A stretch of DNA of 64,000 bases from Camelus ferus. Taxonomy: Eukaryota. The position numbers were made by a program, and so were the translations under genes. Under the pieces are notes generated by a model. It was not told the DNA's origin. It made no database searches and worked only from the letters and a program-made list of their open reading frames with translations. Below are positions 35,641 through 49,523 of the stretch, piece after piece (within the stretch, counting starts at the first letter, position 1; each line of letters starts with the position of its first letter). The stretch lies in the NCBI RefSeq assembly GCF_009834535.1, contig NC_045700.1:69874001-69938000 (forward strand), read 5' to 3'.

Positions 35641-36559
35641 GTACTGGCAAGGCCTTGGAGTTGTGGAATTATGGAAACATAGCATAGTATACTGTCCTCA
35701 GTCACGGACTCTCTTGAAAAAGAGAACTTTCTAGATCCCTGATAAGGGGTGTCTTCAAAGCAGGCATGTAAAAAAACGTGCAAATGTTGGTTCTCTGGCT
35801 CCTCAGTAGCAGGAAGGGTCAACTCAGCTGTGTGTCACCTCAGAGGAGGCCTGACCCCGGCCTGGGGTTCTAACAGTGAGAGTTCACGTCTTCCTCAGAA
35901 CCCAGCTAGGCACCCATAGGCAAACAAAACTACCTTTATTATTCTTGTTTTTTAATGAGTGTGAGGGAAGAGGAGAAAGCCAGGAAGTTGGAGATAAGGG
36001 AGAAATGGAGACCTTGCTGATGCCCCTACCGGCCCCCTCCCCAGGCTGTCGCTCTGCAGGGAGAGACCTGAGAGAGCCCTGGGCTGTGCTGCTTCTGCCT
36101 CGGCTTCTCTGAGACCCACCAAGCACTAGGAATCCCCCTGAGTCGTCTCTTTAGAGTGAACCTGAAGACAGCCCCAACCTCAAAGTTTCAATGGAAGGGA
36201 CAAATTTATAAACATTTGTGAACGTATGTCCTTGAACCACTAATAGATAATCTTAGTCCATCCAGATAAAGCATTTTTCTCCTTTCTTCACAGGATCCTT
36301 GTGCTTTTTTCTGGATTGCTGTTTTCCCTTCCCCAGTAGGAATGAGAATTGGAGTGGGGAAAAAAAATGGGCCCATTGGCACAAAGTCTTAGTGCTTCGG
36401 TGGAGGATGCCTTTCCATGTTTCCTTGTTCCCTTTTGGACTTTGCAGACGTCAGGGAAAGGCCTATTCAGCTTGTTCGTGCTCGTGAAGAGCCAGACAAA
36501 ACAGTCCAAGTTGAGTTAAGACATTCCAAGTCTATGAGTTAAGGAACCTCTGCGATTTT

Positions 36560-36680
36560 ATAGGCTACTTGTCTCATTTAATTGATGAGGCAAATGAGGC
36601 CCAGAGAGGTGAAGAATCTCACCTAGGGGCACACAGGAAGCAGGGACAAGCACCCAGAAGTCCTGATTCCCAGTCTCATA
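36560..36680 (-). mobile_element. MIR fragment
   Basis: catttaattgatgaggcaaatgaggcccagagaggtgaagaatctcacctaggggcacacag. Confidence 0.75.
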
Positions 36681-39600
36681 CTCATGCAGAGTCAATACTG
36701 TACTGTACCTGCTTCTCTGGCATTTGGGTCAAAGGTGAGGTTTCATTAAGATTCATGTGAAGATCAGTTCTGGATTCATTATTTTCTGTGATGAAAATCA
36801 GAAAAGGATCAGAGTTGTCAGATCTAGGTCTTATGAATTTTTATATTTACTGTATACCTAGTTCATATGCGTAAGAGTATAAACACACGTATGCACATGG
36901 CATTCATACTTACTCACCAGATAACACCTGTAACCTCTATAGGCATAGTCTAAATGCCATGTTAAATATAATGCTGAGACCTTATATTCAAATTTCTAAT
37001 TTTCATGTTCTGGTTGCTCTTTAAAAGAACAAAAGTAAATTCTTTGTGCTACTAAAATTCAGATAAAGCTGAAATTAAAAAGGAAATATTGATGGAAAAA
37101 AAATCTGCTGATACTGTTGAATATAAATTTTGTATGATCCTACTTCACTGAAGTAGGAAAATGCTTCTGCAACCTTCCAGATAGAGAGATCAGAGACTTC
37201 CCTTTTCCCTCATGATGTGGAGGGGCAACAGAAGAGGTGGAAACAGGAAGCAAACAAAGGCAAAGGCCAAAAAGAGGCTGGTGGGAGGGGACTAATGGAA
37301 ATCATGGTGCTCATGCTGAAGCAGGCACCACGCAGACACTGACATGGGGGTGGTGTGTAATTTGCATGACTCTTCTCTATGGCTGTGCTACCATGCTCTC
37401 TACAGGTGTGGAAGCTGAGGCTCAAAAGGTAAAGTAACCTACCCCAGAGGATACAATTAGTGAGGTTTTGAGTAAGGGGTCTGAGTCCAAGACTGTCTGA
37501 CTCAAACCTCAAGCTGCAAAAGGGTAGGATTTATTTTGTTTTTTTTTTCCCCTATGAAAGTAAATTTAATGTTTATAAAGGAATGTTTATTTGAGGAACA
37601 GATTTAGCTAAGCGCATGGCTCTTCTGACAAGGATTTTAGTCTCTTGTTTGGGCCTAGTGTCCAACAAAATGTTCTTTCCATACTTGCTACTCCTAAGTA
37701 GCCATATGTGACTCTGCCTCTTTGTCCCTTTGACCTGAAGCCTCTACTCATTACTTGTGGGCTGCCCTTCCCTTTTCTGTTGTTTCTCAGCTGTTCTCTT
37801 CTGTCCTGTTTGCTCCTGTGCAGATTTGAAACATTTCTTATTTAAGACATATGGGGAAATTGAGGCCCAGAGTGTGGTTTCATGTGATTGGTTCAAGGCC
37901 ATAACTTGAAATAGTGCAAGACCAGACCTGGAACCCTGATCTCCTGTTTTAGCATCTCCTACTTTCCCCTCCACCTCACACTGCCTCCTCTTCGCCTCCC
38001 TTGATCTTGCCACATCACTGCTGCTTGGCCACGATCCAGCCTCTGGACAAATCCAGCCCAACAGAAATGTGTTGTGTTGAGGTTCACTCCACCGTGGCTT
38101 GGAAGGAACCATGGGTCTCTTAGAAATGAAACTTATAAATTCTAATGCATAAGGAAAGTTCTTGCAACATCAGGAGAATGAATCAGTCAGCCAGAGTTCA
38201 AGAAATGTAAACACATTTTTAGATAGGAGACTGAAAAATTGCTTAAGACTTCTCCATCTCTTGGGTCAAGACCCTGATAATTTACTGAGGTCCAAGCTGT
38301 CAAGGAGGAGACACAACTCAAACTGCATTCCTGGGAGATAAAGCAATGGGGGTGGTAAAACTTCCTCTCTGAACCCCGTGGCAGGACCTACCCCTCTAAT
38401 CAAGCTGAAGAAACTGACTAACCCATCGACCAGCGCAGGCAACAGGCTATGAACACAGGCCCTGTTCTTTCCCGTTGTTCTGGAGCTGGTATGTACATTC
38501 ACAGACTACAGACTACACAACTTCCAGGCCTGCCTGAAACTGGAAGCTCAGAGTCTTTCTGTGATGAACATGTCTGCCACTAAAGAGATAAACAGAAAAA
38601 ACATTCCTTCCCTGGCTGCCCACCATCAGGCCTGAGTAGATTTTCAAACGCTAGCATTAATCTAGCCACAGGCTTTTAGCAAGGAGATAGCATTCCCACC
38701 AGATAATCAGGCAATTTCAGAGATGACCCTTACTAGATAGGGTTTCATCCCAAACCTCCTCTGCCTTCTTCAGATCATGGGATCCTTCAGCAAACACTCA
38801 AAAGTTGAAAAGCAGGAGAGAGCATCTGATATTAGCATGGAATATGGGTGCCTTAAAATTGCCTTCTGTTTCAACCTATTGGCCATATTTAATTCTCAAG
38901 TTGTTGTTTATTGTTTTAAATAAAAATGAAACACTGTCATATTAATTTCCATTTTTCAGAAACCTTATTTCCCTTGGTACAGGATGGTCTGGTGAGGCCC
39001 ATCAGATATCAAAATAGAGAGTGAACTTCAAAAAGTTACCTTATCAGGCAAAGTGGGCCACCTGGCTCCTTCCTAAATGCATGCCAGGGTTTCTAAGAGA
39101 ACATCAGACCTGCAGGCTCCAAAGTGGTCAGATAGTCAATGGGTACAGGGCAGGAGCTATTGGAAGTGCTGGCGGGAGCCTCTTTAAATATGTGTAGGGC
39201 CTTCTCCCACACATACCATTTCTGAGGCATGAGTGCCCTTCGATTTCTATTATGTACTCATGGAACTTCCCCCATAACTTGCAGTGGTTCAGTGAGCAGG
39301 GGATGTATCCGTTGCCAAACAGATCTCAGCAAGTGCCTTTGCCATTTCACAGCTTTGCATGTGGACTTGCAGCAGAAAGCAATAGGAGGAGTCCTAAAAG
39401 TCAGCCTTTGTACCTTCATGGTTTTGTATTTTTGGTCAAAAATGGAAAATGCAAAGGCAAATTCCAGATTATTAAAAAAAATATTCTTCCCAGTATAAAC
39501 TAAACTATAAAAGGAAAGATAATTCTGGTCCCTTTACATAGTCGTGCTGACCTTTCCTTAAGAATGATATCTAAAAATACTTTATATGATATGACTCAAG

Positions 39601-40379
39601 ATGCCTATGACCTGTAGAGCTTTTGTCATAATAAATCTTGAGTCTGCTTGTTTAATGCAGGAGACCCAGACCCAAGATGGCCTTTTGGTACTGTCATTAT
39701 CAAATTCTTGGAACAAGATTTAAGACCTTGTTTATGCTACACATTTTCACTTTAAATCTTCCTGGATGAGGAGGAGGGTGAGATGGGCATATCAAACAGT
39801 TGCTTAAGACCTGAGAAAGTCTCCAGCCTAAAGACGTACCCCAGAAAGCTCTATTAAAGGAGCCAAGTGGACAGATCTAGAAGGTATGAGTCAGACTGAA
39901 TTTAAATATGGAAATGCCTAGTAAATGCAAGGACAATATTTTTCTTCCAATTTGGAATAACAGTTCTTTTACTTACTTATATCTTTATAGGCCAAGGCTA
40001 GCTCAGTCTCAAGGGTCTGGCTTTAGCTTTGGGAATACCAACTTCTCTCAAAAGCCCATAAATTATTTTTTATGTAGAGGTCCAAAGGTACATGGCAGTC
40101 TACCAAGCCCCAAATGGAAAGCAAGCTAAGATGATAGAATTTAAATTCAAGTTGTGTAGCAACAAAATATCAACTACATGAGGAACCCTTCAATCAGTAT
40201 ACATCATAGGATTAATAAGGATATCTGTGGTGGAAGATGGTGTGGAAGAAGAGAATTCAAAAAAGAGGCTGAAGGTGGAGCTTCATCCAAAGCAGCCAAC
40301 CAACCTCAGTTCAATATGCTGCAGAAAATACTATTCTTGGTCACTTGCTCGCAAACAAGTGTGGACATCTGGTCTCCCA

Positions 40380-40925
40380 ACCTCTAGTCTTACCCCTTGT
40401 AGTCTATTTTCTACATAGCTGGGAGAGTCATCTCTCTAAAATAAAAATCTGGTTATGTCAATTCCTGCATAAACAGAATCTCACAGCCTTTGGGATAAAT
40501 TCCTTCGTTGCTGCCTCTGGGCCTTGATGATCTGGCTCCTGCCTATCCCACCAGCAGCATTTCTCACCCCCCCCCCCATGTATCCTGGGGGCCAGGCATT
40601 AAGAGCTGCTTGCATTTCCTCCCATGCCGCCATGTTTTCTAACCTTCATATGGTCTCTTTCCTTGGAGCATTCTTTCCTCTTTTCCCCTTGGCTAATTCC
40701 TACATATATCCTTAGAGACTCAGCTTAAGTGTCCTCTCTTTCCAAAAGCCTTCTTAATCTCCAGGCTGGATTAGCCTGTGCTCATTCATGGCTCTTGGCA
40801 CACTCCACTACTGTGGATGACTTTAAAGCATGGACTTTTTCTCTCAACTGTATTCTTATGCCTAGCACATTATTTGGCATTAGTAGATGGTCAGTTAGTG
40901 TTTGTGTAATGAATGAGTGAATGAG
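40380..40925 (+). mobile_element. L2 3' fragment
   Basis: tggtctcccaacctctagtctt...gcccttgatgatctggctcctgcct-like core...cctagcacattatttggcattagtagatggtcagttagtgtttgtgtaatgaatgagtgaatg. Confidence 0.85.
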
Positions 40926-42284
40926 CAATCTTTAGGTACTCTGTAAAACAGACTCACTAATTCTTTCTATTGGACATGTTCTGATGTTCATTAATTTTCA
41001 AATGAGGAATTGCTAGGAAATAAGACAACGGCAAATGAAAATCTTTTGGCCACAGGGAGATGTGTGAAAGAAACAAGAGAGAAACTAGGAGGAAAACAAA
41101 TATTCTTGAGAAAAGCTTCATGCTTCTTTATGGTCTTTTTGATGAGAAGATAACAGAAATATCTGAAGAGTGATGAAATAGAAAATAGTATTTATAGATT
41201 ATTAGTTAATAAAAATTATTCTTTCTGGATCACTCTGACAGAACAAAACTTAATATTCTCAGTTTTATTACAGGTTGAGAAATATAACTGACACTGACAT
41301 GCACACACAGACAGACATCCTGAAATCCATACCAGCCTTAAAATGTGTTGTGCTAAGAACGACTTCACTGCTTGAGCAAGACCCTGATCCTTTGTGTGTA
41401 TTATACACTAAATGAACAGCAGATCCTGGCTACTTTAGGAGGGACACATCGTGAGAATGTTAAGAATCCTTGGATTTGTGAGTACCCCTAGTGTATATCA
41501 TATCCCCAATAAAACTAAAGTAAGAATGAAAAGAGAGGGTGAGTTCTTCAGACTCTTAATGAGTCAATAAATAAAGGATTGGAGTGATTTAAAAACTATT
41601 TTTTGGCAGAGAATCATTGAATTGTTAGACTACTGCACTTTCTCTTAATTCCATCACCAGTCTCAGCAGTTGACCTTACATTTAGGGCCATTAAAAAAAT
41701 CAATACTCTTCTTTTTAAAAAATAACTTCATAAAAGCTATTGCAGATGTTACAATGAATATAGACCACAACACTGAGGTTGGCTCGGAGGTTGGTGAGGT
41801 GCACTCACTCGCTTAGTGATGGTCATCTGTCTCCCAGCCTTGAGAGCTCTATGATTTGAGTTTGCCTCTGTAAAATGACAAAGTATATGTGTCCCTGATT
41901 TCTGAAGTCATTTGCAAATTGTCAAAACTGGCCTTCAAGTCCACAAATACCTGAAGTTCACCATCTATATAATTTTTAAAAATCCTATCATTTTTATCTG
42001 AAAATACTCCTTAAAAGCAATCGACCAAAAAGAAAATAAAAAGTTGAGAATGCTCTGTAGATTCCTGTAAGTAGATGTTTTAAATTGCTTTTTGAACTCA
42101 ATTCCAGGGGGTTTCAGGTATTTTCAGAGTAGTGTTATATTCATTTTCTTAAAGACAAATGGGGAGTGTTAAGCTCAAAGAGATGTAAGAATTTTTTGCT
42201 GAGGTCTCTGAGCAAATCAAGGGAACAAATAAGCTTCTTATATTCTAAGCCCTGAAGCAGGTACTCTGTGCTTATATGGGTAGT

Positions 42285-42466
42285 CCCATTGGAATGGGGA
42301 GTTGGCATTTAATGGGTTGAGACTTTCAGTTTTGCGAGATGAAAAGAGTTCTGGAGATTGATTACACAACAGCATGAATCTCCCAAGCACTATTGAACTG
42401 TACACTTAAAAATTGTTAAGATGGCAAATTTTATGTTATGTGTATTTTACCACAATTAAAAAAATG
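42285..42466 (+). mobile_element. L1MA/L1MB-like extreme 3' end
   Basis: gagactttcagttttgcgagatgaaaagagttctggagatt...actgtacacttaaaaattgttaagatggcaaattttatgttatgtgtattttaccacaattaaaaaaa. Confidence 0.9.
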
Positions 42467-43349
42467 TCAGGGGATAGGAGGAGAGGAGGAATTATGCTCC
42501 AGGCAAAGAGAACAGTATGTTCAAAAGCTTGGAAATAAGAAAGGGATTTGCATTAGCCTAAGGTCTTTTTATTACTAGGAGTTGAGAAGGAATAAAAGTT
42601 TTCTTTTCCTTTATGGGGTATAGAGCTTGCCATGGGCCAATTCTGAAGTTTCCCTTTGGCACACTACCATTTTCCTTTCTGTACTTTTCTCCATGTGCTT
42701 CCTTTTCCATAGAGTTAATGTCCTGTTCATCCAAGACCTCCAGGGTACCCACCAGTCTAGCATGTTTCACCCCTTAAAACTCTACTTATCTCCCAAATTA
42801 TCCACCTCTCTTTCCATTGCATCAGAATTTTTAGTCCTTCAGAGCAGCTGTTCTCAACTAGCTTGCAAGAGGACAGCCATCTGATTAAATACATTTTTAC
42901 TAAAGTGTGAATGACTGTTAACCTCTCAGAAGTATCAGCCTTTTAAGAGATTACTTCAGAATTCAAAATGAATCTATTATTGGTGAGATTTTAATAGTAG
43001 AATGAAGTAAAATTGTAACATTTTCAGCCATATTAAGAAAAGTATTTTTGGTCTGGAGAGCTATCCTGTAAACAAACCTATCTGGCTTGATAGTCTCTTT
43101 TAGCAATTTAGTTCTCCCAAACTGTTCCTATGTGTTTTTTCAGCTTCTCCCTGTATCTTTGAAAGTTGCAAATCATTTTCAGTGTTACTCACAAAAGGGT
43201 TTCTGATGCTGAGTAAGGGGAATTAGAGGGAGAAAAGAATATGCAACAGAAGTCATTTATTAGTATGAGTCATTATTAAGTCAGGAACTTCCTAAACTCT
43301 CACATATTGTCAGATAGAAACGTGCCTATTTAGATTGACATCACTACTA

Positions 43350-43580
43350 ACCATGCGTAGTGGTAAAAATGCAGGCTGCTACAGGTCAAAGCCCAGCTTC
43401 ACCACTTAGTTGTGTGACCTTGGGCAAGTCACTCAATCTCTCTGAGCCACATTATCCTGGGTGAAAAGTGAGGATAATAATAGAATTTACCTCCCATCAT
43501 TGCTATGGGGATGAAGTGAAATAATGAATATAAAACACTCAGCACAATGTTTGGCATATCAAAGGTAGACAGCAATGGTA
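43350..43580 (+). mobile_element. MIR SINE
   Basis: cccagcttcaccacttagttgtgtgaccttgggcaagtcactcaatctctctgagcc. Confidence 0.88.
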
Positions 43581-46559
43581 GTTACCATCTTCATCATCAT
43601 CCTTCACTAGAGGGCTCCTATTAAGAGCCGTTCTGGCCCAGTTCCAACGAACAAGTGAGAATGAACATGACTGACACTGCAACTCTTCCCACCATGGTCA
43701 GGATGTCCCTTCAAGGAGAATGGCGAGAGGGGCAATGCAGAATGCCAGGCTCCCAAGTATTTCTCTGCTTAATAGATTTTGAGACTGGCAAACATATGAT
43801 TGTGCCCTTTTTCCTTCTAGTTTTGCAGTCTCCAGCAAAAACAGTGTCCTCCACCCAACTCTGGCTCCAGCCCTTGATCTGTGGCATTGCTTCCTGTTAC
43901 TCTAGCAGGTCCCTCATGCAGGATTCATCACTGCCTGCCCCAAAATAAGCAGTGAGGAAGACCACACACATTTCTCTATTAATCAAAGACTATTTTTAGG
44001 ATTGAGAGAAAGTCTTTACTTAATCATCCTTTCCCATTGGTATGAAGCAGAAGCAGCAATGGCAGTGGGTGGAGAATGAACTACAGTCAACCTGCACTCC
44101 CAGTTTTTGCTTATTTCTCCATCGGGGAAGCGAAATAGAAGAGGAAGCTTGAAAAAAGAGAACTGGCCTCAGCCCTCCACTTAGAATACAAGCCTGAGAG
44201 CCTTTTCCAGGCAGTTTTCTAGTTTGTGGATGTGCAGATTGAACTGTGCACAACTCTGGGAGGCAGTGCCTACCTCATTATAATGTGAATTGTACAGCGT
44301 ATGACCTGCAGGACCCACAGGACACCCTGCAGATTCTCCTTCCTGGTCCAGCTCAGCACAAGCATTTGGTTCACTTTTCTTCTCCCCTAACACTCACACT
44401 CACACCGTAGCACACAGGGCTCCCCACAAGTAACTCTTGAGGATACTCCATTTCTCAGGCTCTCCAAGAGATACGTTTTCTTTCCTACTTACTACTATAT
44501 TTGGGGAGAAATTGTGTGTTTCTGGAGGTCGAGGTATGAAATAATATGTATGTGAGTCAAATGACATAGAGGAGAAGTAAAAGTGACTCTTTAGGGGACA
44601 GTTTTACCTTTTAGAAGATGTTGAATACTAGACGACCCCTTTCCATGGCTGGTATTTGAATTGGTAGATTCATAGGCTGAAAAACAATAAGGGTTTTACC
44701 TGTGAACGTGAAAAAGTCTTGAGGAAAAAAAAGCTATTTTCCTTACCCCAAGACAGGGGAAAACAAAGTGGATGCCTTGATGCCTCAGCCTCGTAATGAA
44801 TTAGATTGTTTTGACAACCCTAAACTGCTATCATGGAGGGAAGGTTGATCTAGGATTTAAAAAGCATTGGAGAAAATAGTATTTTTATTTAAGATGTTGA
44901 AGGGTGAAACACCGCAGGTGCTGTGATGCTTAAGTTCTGAGAGGAGAGCTTTTGACAGAGCAAGAGCATGAAATAGTTAATGCCTGACACCTGCCGTGAG
45001 GAGATGCCCAGATTTGAACAGCAGATGTGCAGCGATGGGGGATGACAGACAAGCATGAGGAGCCCCAGCTTCCAGCTGCAGTGCAAATTCAGAGGCTAGA
45101 CCAGGGAGGCAGGAGGGATTCTAGCCCATCTGATTCCAGCCAAAAAGACAGACTGGCTTTTGCATAGCCCTGATGAATTTTTTTTGTTTGTTTTTTGAGA
45201 TCTCTTAGAGTCGCCTTGGGTAAGAATTATTCTCCTAGCTGTACTTGTCAATCAAATGAAAACTAGTTAAAATAATGCTGTTTTAAGGGCTGAAGAGAAT
45301 GAGGATGACACACCAGAGCAAGGCAGTTAAGGGAGAGGTAGAGTAAAGAGTGGCTCCGAAACGGAAGGACAGTTTTAATGGGAAATTTGGTGTGTGTGTG
45401 AAAGGTCGAGAGAGAGAGAGAGAGAGAGGTATGAGATATCAAGGAAATAGAAATGGGGATGAAAAAGATCAGAGGGAATTGAATACATCTGAAAAAAATC
45501 TTGAGATCTATCTAACTACCCCCAACTCGTTTCCAAATACACGTATGTGTGTATATATGTGTGTGCGCATGTATGTGTGTACGTATTTATACTTCATTAT
45601 TTCATTGCTGATAATACATATACTGGAGATACTGCCAAAAAAAAAATGTTTGGTTTACTGATTTGCTGAACTGTGGTGGGGCTTGGAAAAGCCTGCTGCC
45701 TGGTGCCTCCCCACCTCAGGTGCGCATGCATACAGCCACATACACACACAGAGCTTAGGCTGAGCAGGGCAACTTGGGATTCTGAGAACCAACACTGGAG
45801 AGAGAAAAAAGCCATAATTAGTGTTAAGTGTTGANNNNNNNNNNNNNNNNNNNNNNNNNNNNNNNNNNNNNNNNNNNNNNNNNNNNNNNNNNNNNNNNNN
45901 NNNNNNNNNNNNNNNNNNNNNNNNNNNNNNNNNNNNNNNNNNNNNNNNNNNNNNNNNNNNNNNNNNNNNNNNNNNNNNNNNNNNNNNNNNNNNNNNNNGG
46001 GAAAAAGAGGCTAAAACAATCATGAAAGAGAAAGCTCAATGTGTGTCAGGGTGAGAAGGTACAGGAGGGTTATACAAACACTTTCCATCACTGCTGCCCG
46101 CCTCGCTGCTTCCTTACTCACAGCTCCCAAGAAATCTGCTATCACGGTTTTCCTTAGAATTCTTACTATTTAGCACAGTTGTCTGCTAGGAAGCTCAGTC
46201 ACTTCCCCAGGAGCACATAAGCCTGAAAACAGCCACAGTGCATGACAAGCTCAGAGGCACACGACACTGAAGTTTATTTTTTATGTGTGTTGGTAGGAGT
46301 TTGACTTAAATCAAGGGAGGTACGGGAGCTGAGTGCCACGCAGGAGGGGGCTGCAGCCCTGTGTGTGCCACGGGGTAACTCTGGCCCTGAGGCCTTGATT
46401 GTTGTTTTATCTTAATTACAGTACATGACACATATGTGTACCTCCCCCACCCCCAGAGTAGTCCTCTTAACTGAGAGTGAAAACAGAGAAACAGTAATTT
46501 GAGTAGAATATTGGAAATGAGAATTGTAGCCAGATTTGTAAAGAGATTCTACAAACGGT

Positions 46560-47260
46560 CTTGTCACTGGCTGCTCAGATTCAGGGTGTCTGGTGGCATC
46601 CCCACATCCAGTCGGCTGCCCCGGGGATTGTCCCTTTGCTGTGTCTCCTGCGTCTGTCCACTGCCTCCCATCTAGGCCCTCATCAGCTGTTGTCTGGATG
46701 ATTCTGCAGTAACCGGAGCACTTGGCCTTTTCTCTTGCCTGTTCCTTCACACTGGAACACATATTGGGTCACATAACATCCCTCCTCAAGCATCTGTGAT
46801 TTCTTATTGCCTAAAAAGCAGCATTTCAGTTCTCCCTTGGCACACAAGGCCTCCCCTGGCCTGGCCCTGGCCTGACTTTCAGCCCCATCTTCCCGCATGA
46901 AGCCCCTCCACGGAGCATTCCTACAGGCTACTCATCATTTCCCGCGTGCACTCTGCTTTCCTCTCTCTTTGCCTTTGTTCATGCTGCTTCCTCGACTGGT
47001 CATGTCTTTCTCTCTTCTCTGTTTATTCGCTTCTACCAGTTTCTTTAAGGTCAATACAAATGGGGATTCCTCTGCAAAAATCCTTTCTCGTCCGCCAGGT
47101 TAGAATTAATCACTCCTTCCCTGCATCGTGGTGTTTAGGCCTCTGTTACAGCACTCACTTCATTCTGTTGTCAGGGAATGTCAGTTATTTGTGAATCTGT
47201 TCTCACGTGGGCTGTGAGGTCCTTGAGGGCTGCAGCCACAGGGCCTGGTGTTGAGCCCTG
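46560..47260 (+). mobile_element. L2 fragment
   Basis: ttggcacacaaggcctcccctggcctggccctgg...cagcactcacttcattctgttg...gggctgtgaggtccttgagggc. Confidence 0.7.
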
Positions 47261-47689
47261 GCAAGTGGGATAAGAAGAACACAATCCCGTGATAGGTAGC
47301 CTGGGAATGAAGACGCTCAGCTGCTCAGCAGGCATAATCAATGTGCACAAGGGGGTTAACTCCTTGAGTTTCAGTTTGCTCACCTATGATGTGTGAATGA
47401 AAATACTCCCTTCGTAGGATTATTGGGATGGTGGAATGAGATGACAAGTACCTGAGCATGTTTGCTCTTGATTTTATTAACATCCTTCCTTGTCCCTTGG
47501 ACATGATGGGCAGTCCATCTATTTGATCTAAGGAGTTGGACACAATATAATGGGTCTTCTCTCTTTTAGGTCCAATAATATTTTACACTGGAATTTAACT
47601 TATTACTTTACTAGATGTATTGCAAAAATGATCTGATTTGATGGTCAGAAAGCAAATGCAAACTAGCATGGCAGGTATTATTATAGTTG

Positions 47690-48110
47690 CATTATATTTG
47701 TTAAGGAACATGGTTAGCTGCTGTAACAAAGAGACTCTAAAAGGTAAACATTTATTTCTCTTTCGGGTAAGAGTCCAGAGGGAGGTGGGCAGATCAGGGT
47801 AACTCTGATCCATGAAGTTATTTGGGTACTGTGGTTCTTTATATCTTACGGCTTCATCATGCCCTGAACTATTACCCTCTTCCACATGGTTGAAGCTACT
47901 TCACCACTACAACCAAGTCCAAGGGGAAAGAGGAAGAGGAGGGCAAGTGATTTCCTTGCCAAGGAAATGACTTGGAAGTTGCACATGTTGCTTCTGTTCA
48001 CATTTCATCAGCCACAACTCAGTCACATGACCATACCTGGCTGCAGGGGAGGCTGGGAAATGTAATTTCTAGCCGGGTAGCCATGTGTTCAGCTAAACCT
48101 CAGGGTAGGG
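47690..48110 (-). mobile_element. Old MLT1 (J/K-like) LTR
   Basis: ggttagctgctgtaacaaag...cttctgttcacatttcatcagccacaactcagtcacatgaccatacctggctgcaggggaggctgggaaatgtaattt. Confidence 0.8.
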
Positions 48111-48429
48111 GATTCTATTAATAAAAAATAATGGAAAATGGATATTGGAGAACAATTAAAGTCTTTGCTACTCACAGTTTTAATCAATATTTATGGGCAA
48201 TGTTCTGGGAGCACCTATGGTGTTCTCTGGGATATTCAAAAGTAGAAGATCTATCCACAGGAATTTTAAATCTTGGAGGAGAATCAGAAAGAGTAAAAAA
48301 GATAAAGGAAGTGAAGGAGTGCCTAGTGAGAGACCCAGGTAGATAGTAGCCATCATTGTGGGCTGAGGTGGTTAGGTGAGGTGTTACAGTGAAGTCCCCC
48401 CTTAGACAAGAGGGACCAGAGGCAGTAAG

Positions 48430-48590
48430 ATTTAATGAGAAGAGCTTTGGCTTAAGTAGGTGCAGGAAGATCTGGGTTTGAGCCTTAGATTTGCCACACA
48501 GAAGCTGTGTGACTGAGCAAATCACCATGCCTCTCTGGGCCTCAGCTTCCTTATTCATAACATGAGAATTTTCAAACTGTGGTCTCATAG
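48430..48590 (+). mobile_element. MIR fragment
   Basis: ctgggtttgagccttagatttgccacacagaagctgtgtgactgagcaaatcaccatgcctctctgggcctcagcttcc. Confidence 0.75.
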
Positions 48591-49203
48591 TTCTAGTGGT
48601 TCTTCAGAGACCCCACTCCCAAGAACCATTTTGGGAGAGAAAGAATTAGCTGGGCTGTGAAGAAGTTGGGGGAGGACACAGTCAGACCATCCTCACTTCA
48701 ACCAGGCAGCTCTGCTTTCATCCATTTTATCTGTAGGTGTCCTCAGAAAGTCATTTGATAAAATTCTTCACTGCCTAAACACTGTTGGAGGTGATGCCTA
48801 CGTTCCCTCTTGACCCTAGGGTTCTCTGAAACAGAAAAAAATGCAAGGGAGGTAGAAGTCACAGCTTCACAGGCTCTGTAAGAAAAAAATACGAGTACAT
48901 ATGCAAAAAATGAAGAGGAATTATATATTCTTCAACACTTCATATCGACTTTTTCCTTAAAAAAAGAATTTCCAGCAGATTCAGAGAGAACTATTATTTT
49001 TGAAGTTTTTCTTCTTTGGAAGGCATGAAGTGGTGATAACATTACATTTTCAGCCAAATTTGAGGTAGGGGTGTCTTTGTACTTGGAGGAATCATGAGAG
49101 GTTTTTTGTCAAAGGAAAGGGGACTCCCCAGTGGCTTTGGTGGCTCTCTGTGGGTGGCCATCGGAACACTCCAGAGTGGGCTGCTGATGCTGTGCTGGTC
49201 TCC

Positions 49204-49320
49204 CTACTGTGAGGGGAAGGACCCTCTTCTCTCTGAAGTCCCGACAGGCACAGTTAGCACTGCCTTGGAGTCCTTGTGCCGGACCCAAATTAGCCCCATG
49301 CTGAGCCTCGTGGGAATCAT
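49204..49320 (-). CDS. Candidate smORF, 38 aa (MIPTRLSMGLIWVRHKDSKAVLTVPVGTSERRGSFPSQ); 31 aa from the second ATG
   Basis: First AUG of the predicted spliced RNA. Second AUG at 49299 has strong Kozak context (AGCATGG). No homology recognised. Confidence 0.15.
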   Translation of the reverse strand: MIPTRLSMGLIWVRHKDSKAVLTVPVGTSERRGSFPSQ

Positions 49321-49329
49321 CCCTAATTT

Positions 49330-49422
49330 CTGCAAGGAGAGGAGAGTATATGGGTCAGGAGAATAGAAACCTCCAGGTATTTTCGGAAGAGACGGAGCTA
49401 CTGAAGAGAACTCAGCACTTAC
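49330..49422 (-). other. Predicted 93-nt intron
   Basis: GTAAGT donor, branch-point-like CTGAC about 26 nt from the end, pyrimidine tract ctctcctctccttgcAG. Confidence 0.6.
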
Positions 49423-49501
49423 AAAGTTGCTGCAGCAACTGCCTCTTGACACGGTCTTCACGAGCTCGCCTGCCAGCAGTTAGCTGAAGCGCCTCACTTC
49501 T
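49423..49501 (-). ncRNA. Predicted exon 1 (79 nt) of a minus-strand transcript
   Basis: Runs from the Inr to donor TTT|GTAAGT (perfect +1..+6). Contains no ATG. Confidence 0.55.
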
Positions 49502-49523
49502 GCCCTTCAAATCTTGTGCAGGT

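Larger units (their letters stand above)
4..45998. other. Seven undetermined N runs: 4-137, 11511-11649, 18690-18826, 22314-22449, 23788-24079, 27440-27587, 45835-45998
   Basis: Counted directly (134, 139, 137, 136, 292, 148, 164 nt). At least four lie in or against repeats (L1, MIR, L1, MLT1). Confidence 0.95.

Noticed and set aside
4-45998. Similar lengths of several N runs (134-164 nt), which might suggest a hidden repeated element
   Set aside because: The content is invisible. Flanks belong to different repeat families and show no shared TSD pattern, so they are treated as gaps or masking.
11440-46054. ORFs containing long X runs
   Set aside because: Artefacts of translating through N runs.
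49425-49440. Perfect 16-bp palindrome AGTTGCTGCAGCAACT beside the predicted donor
   Set aside because: About one such palindrome is expected by chance in 64 kb (64000/4^8).
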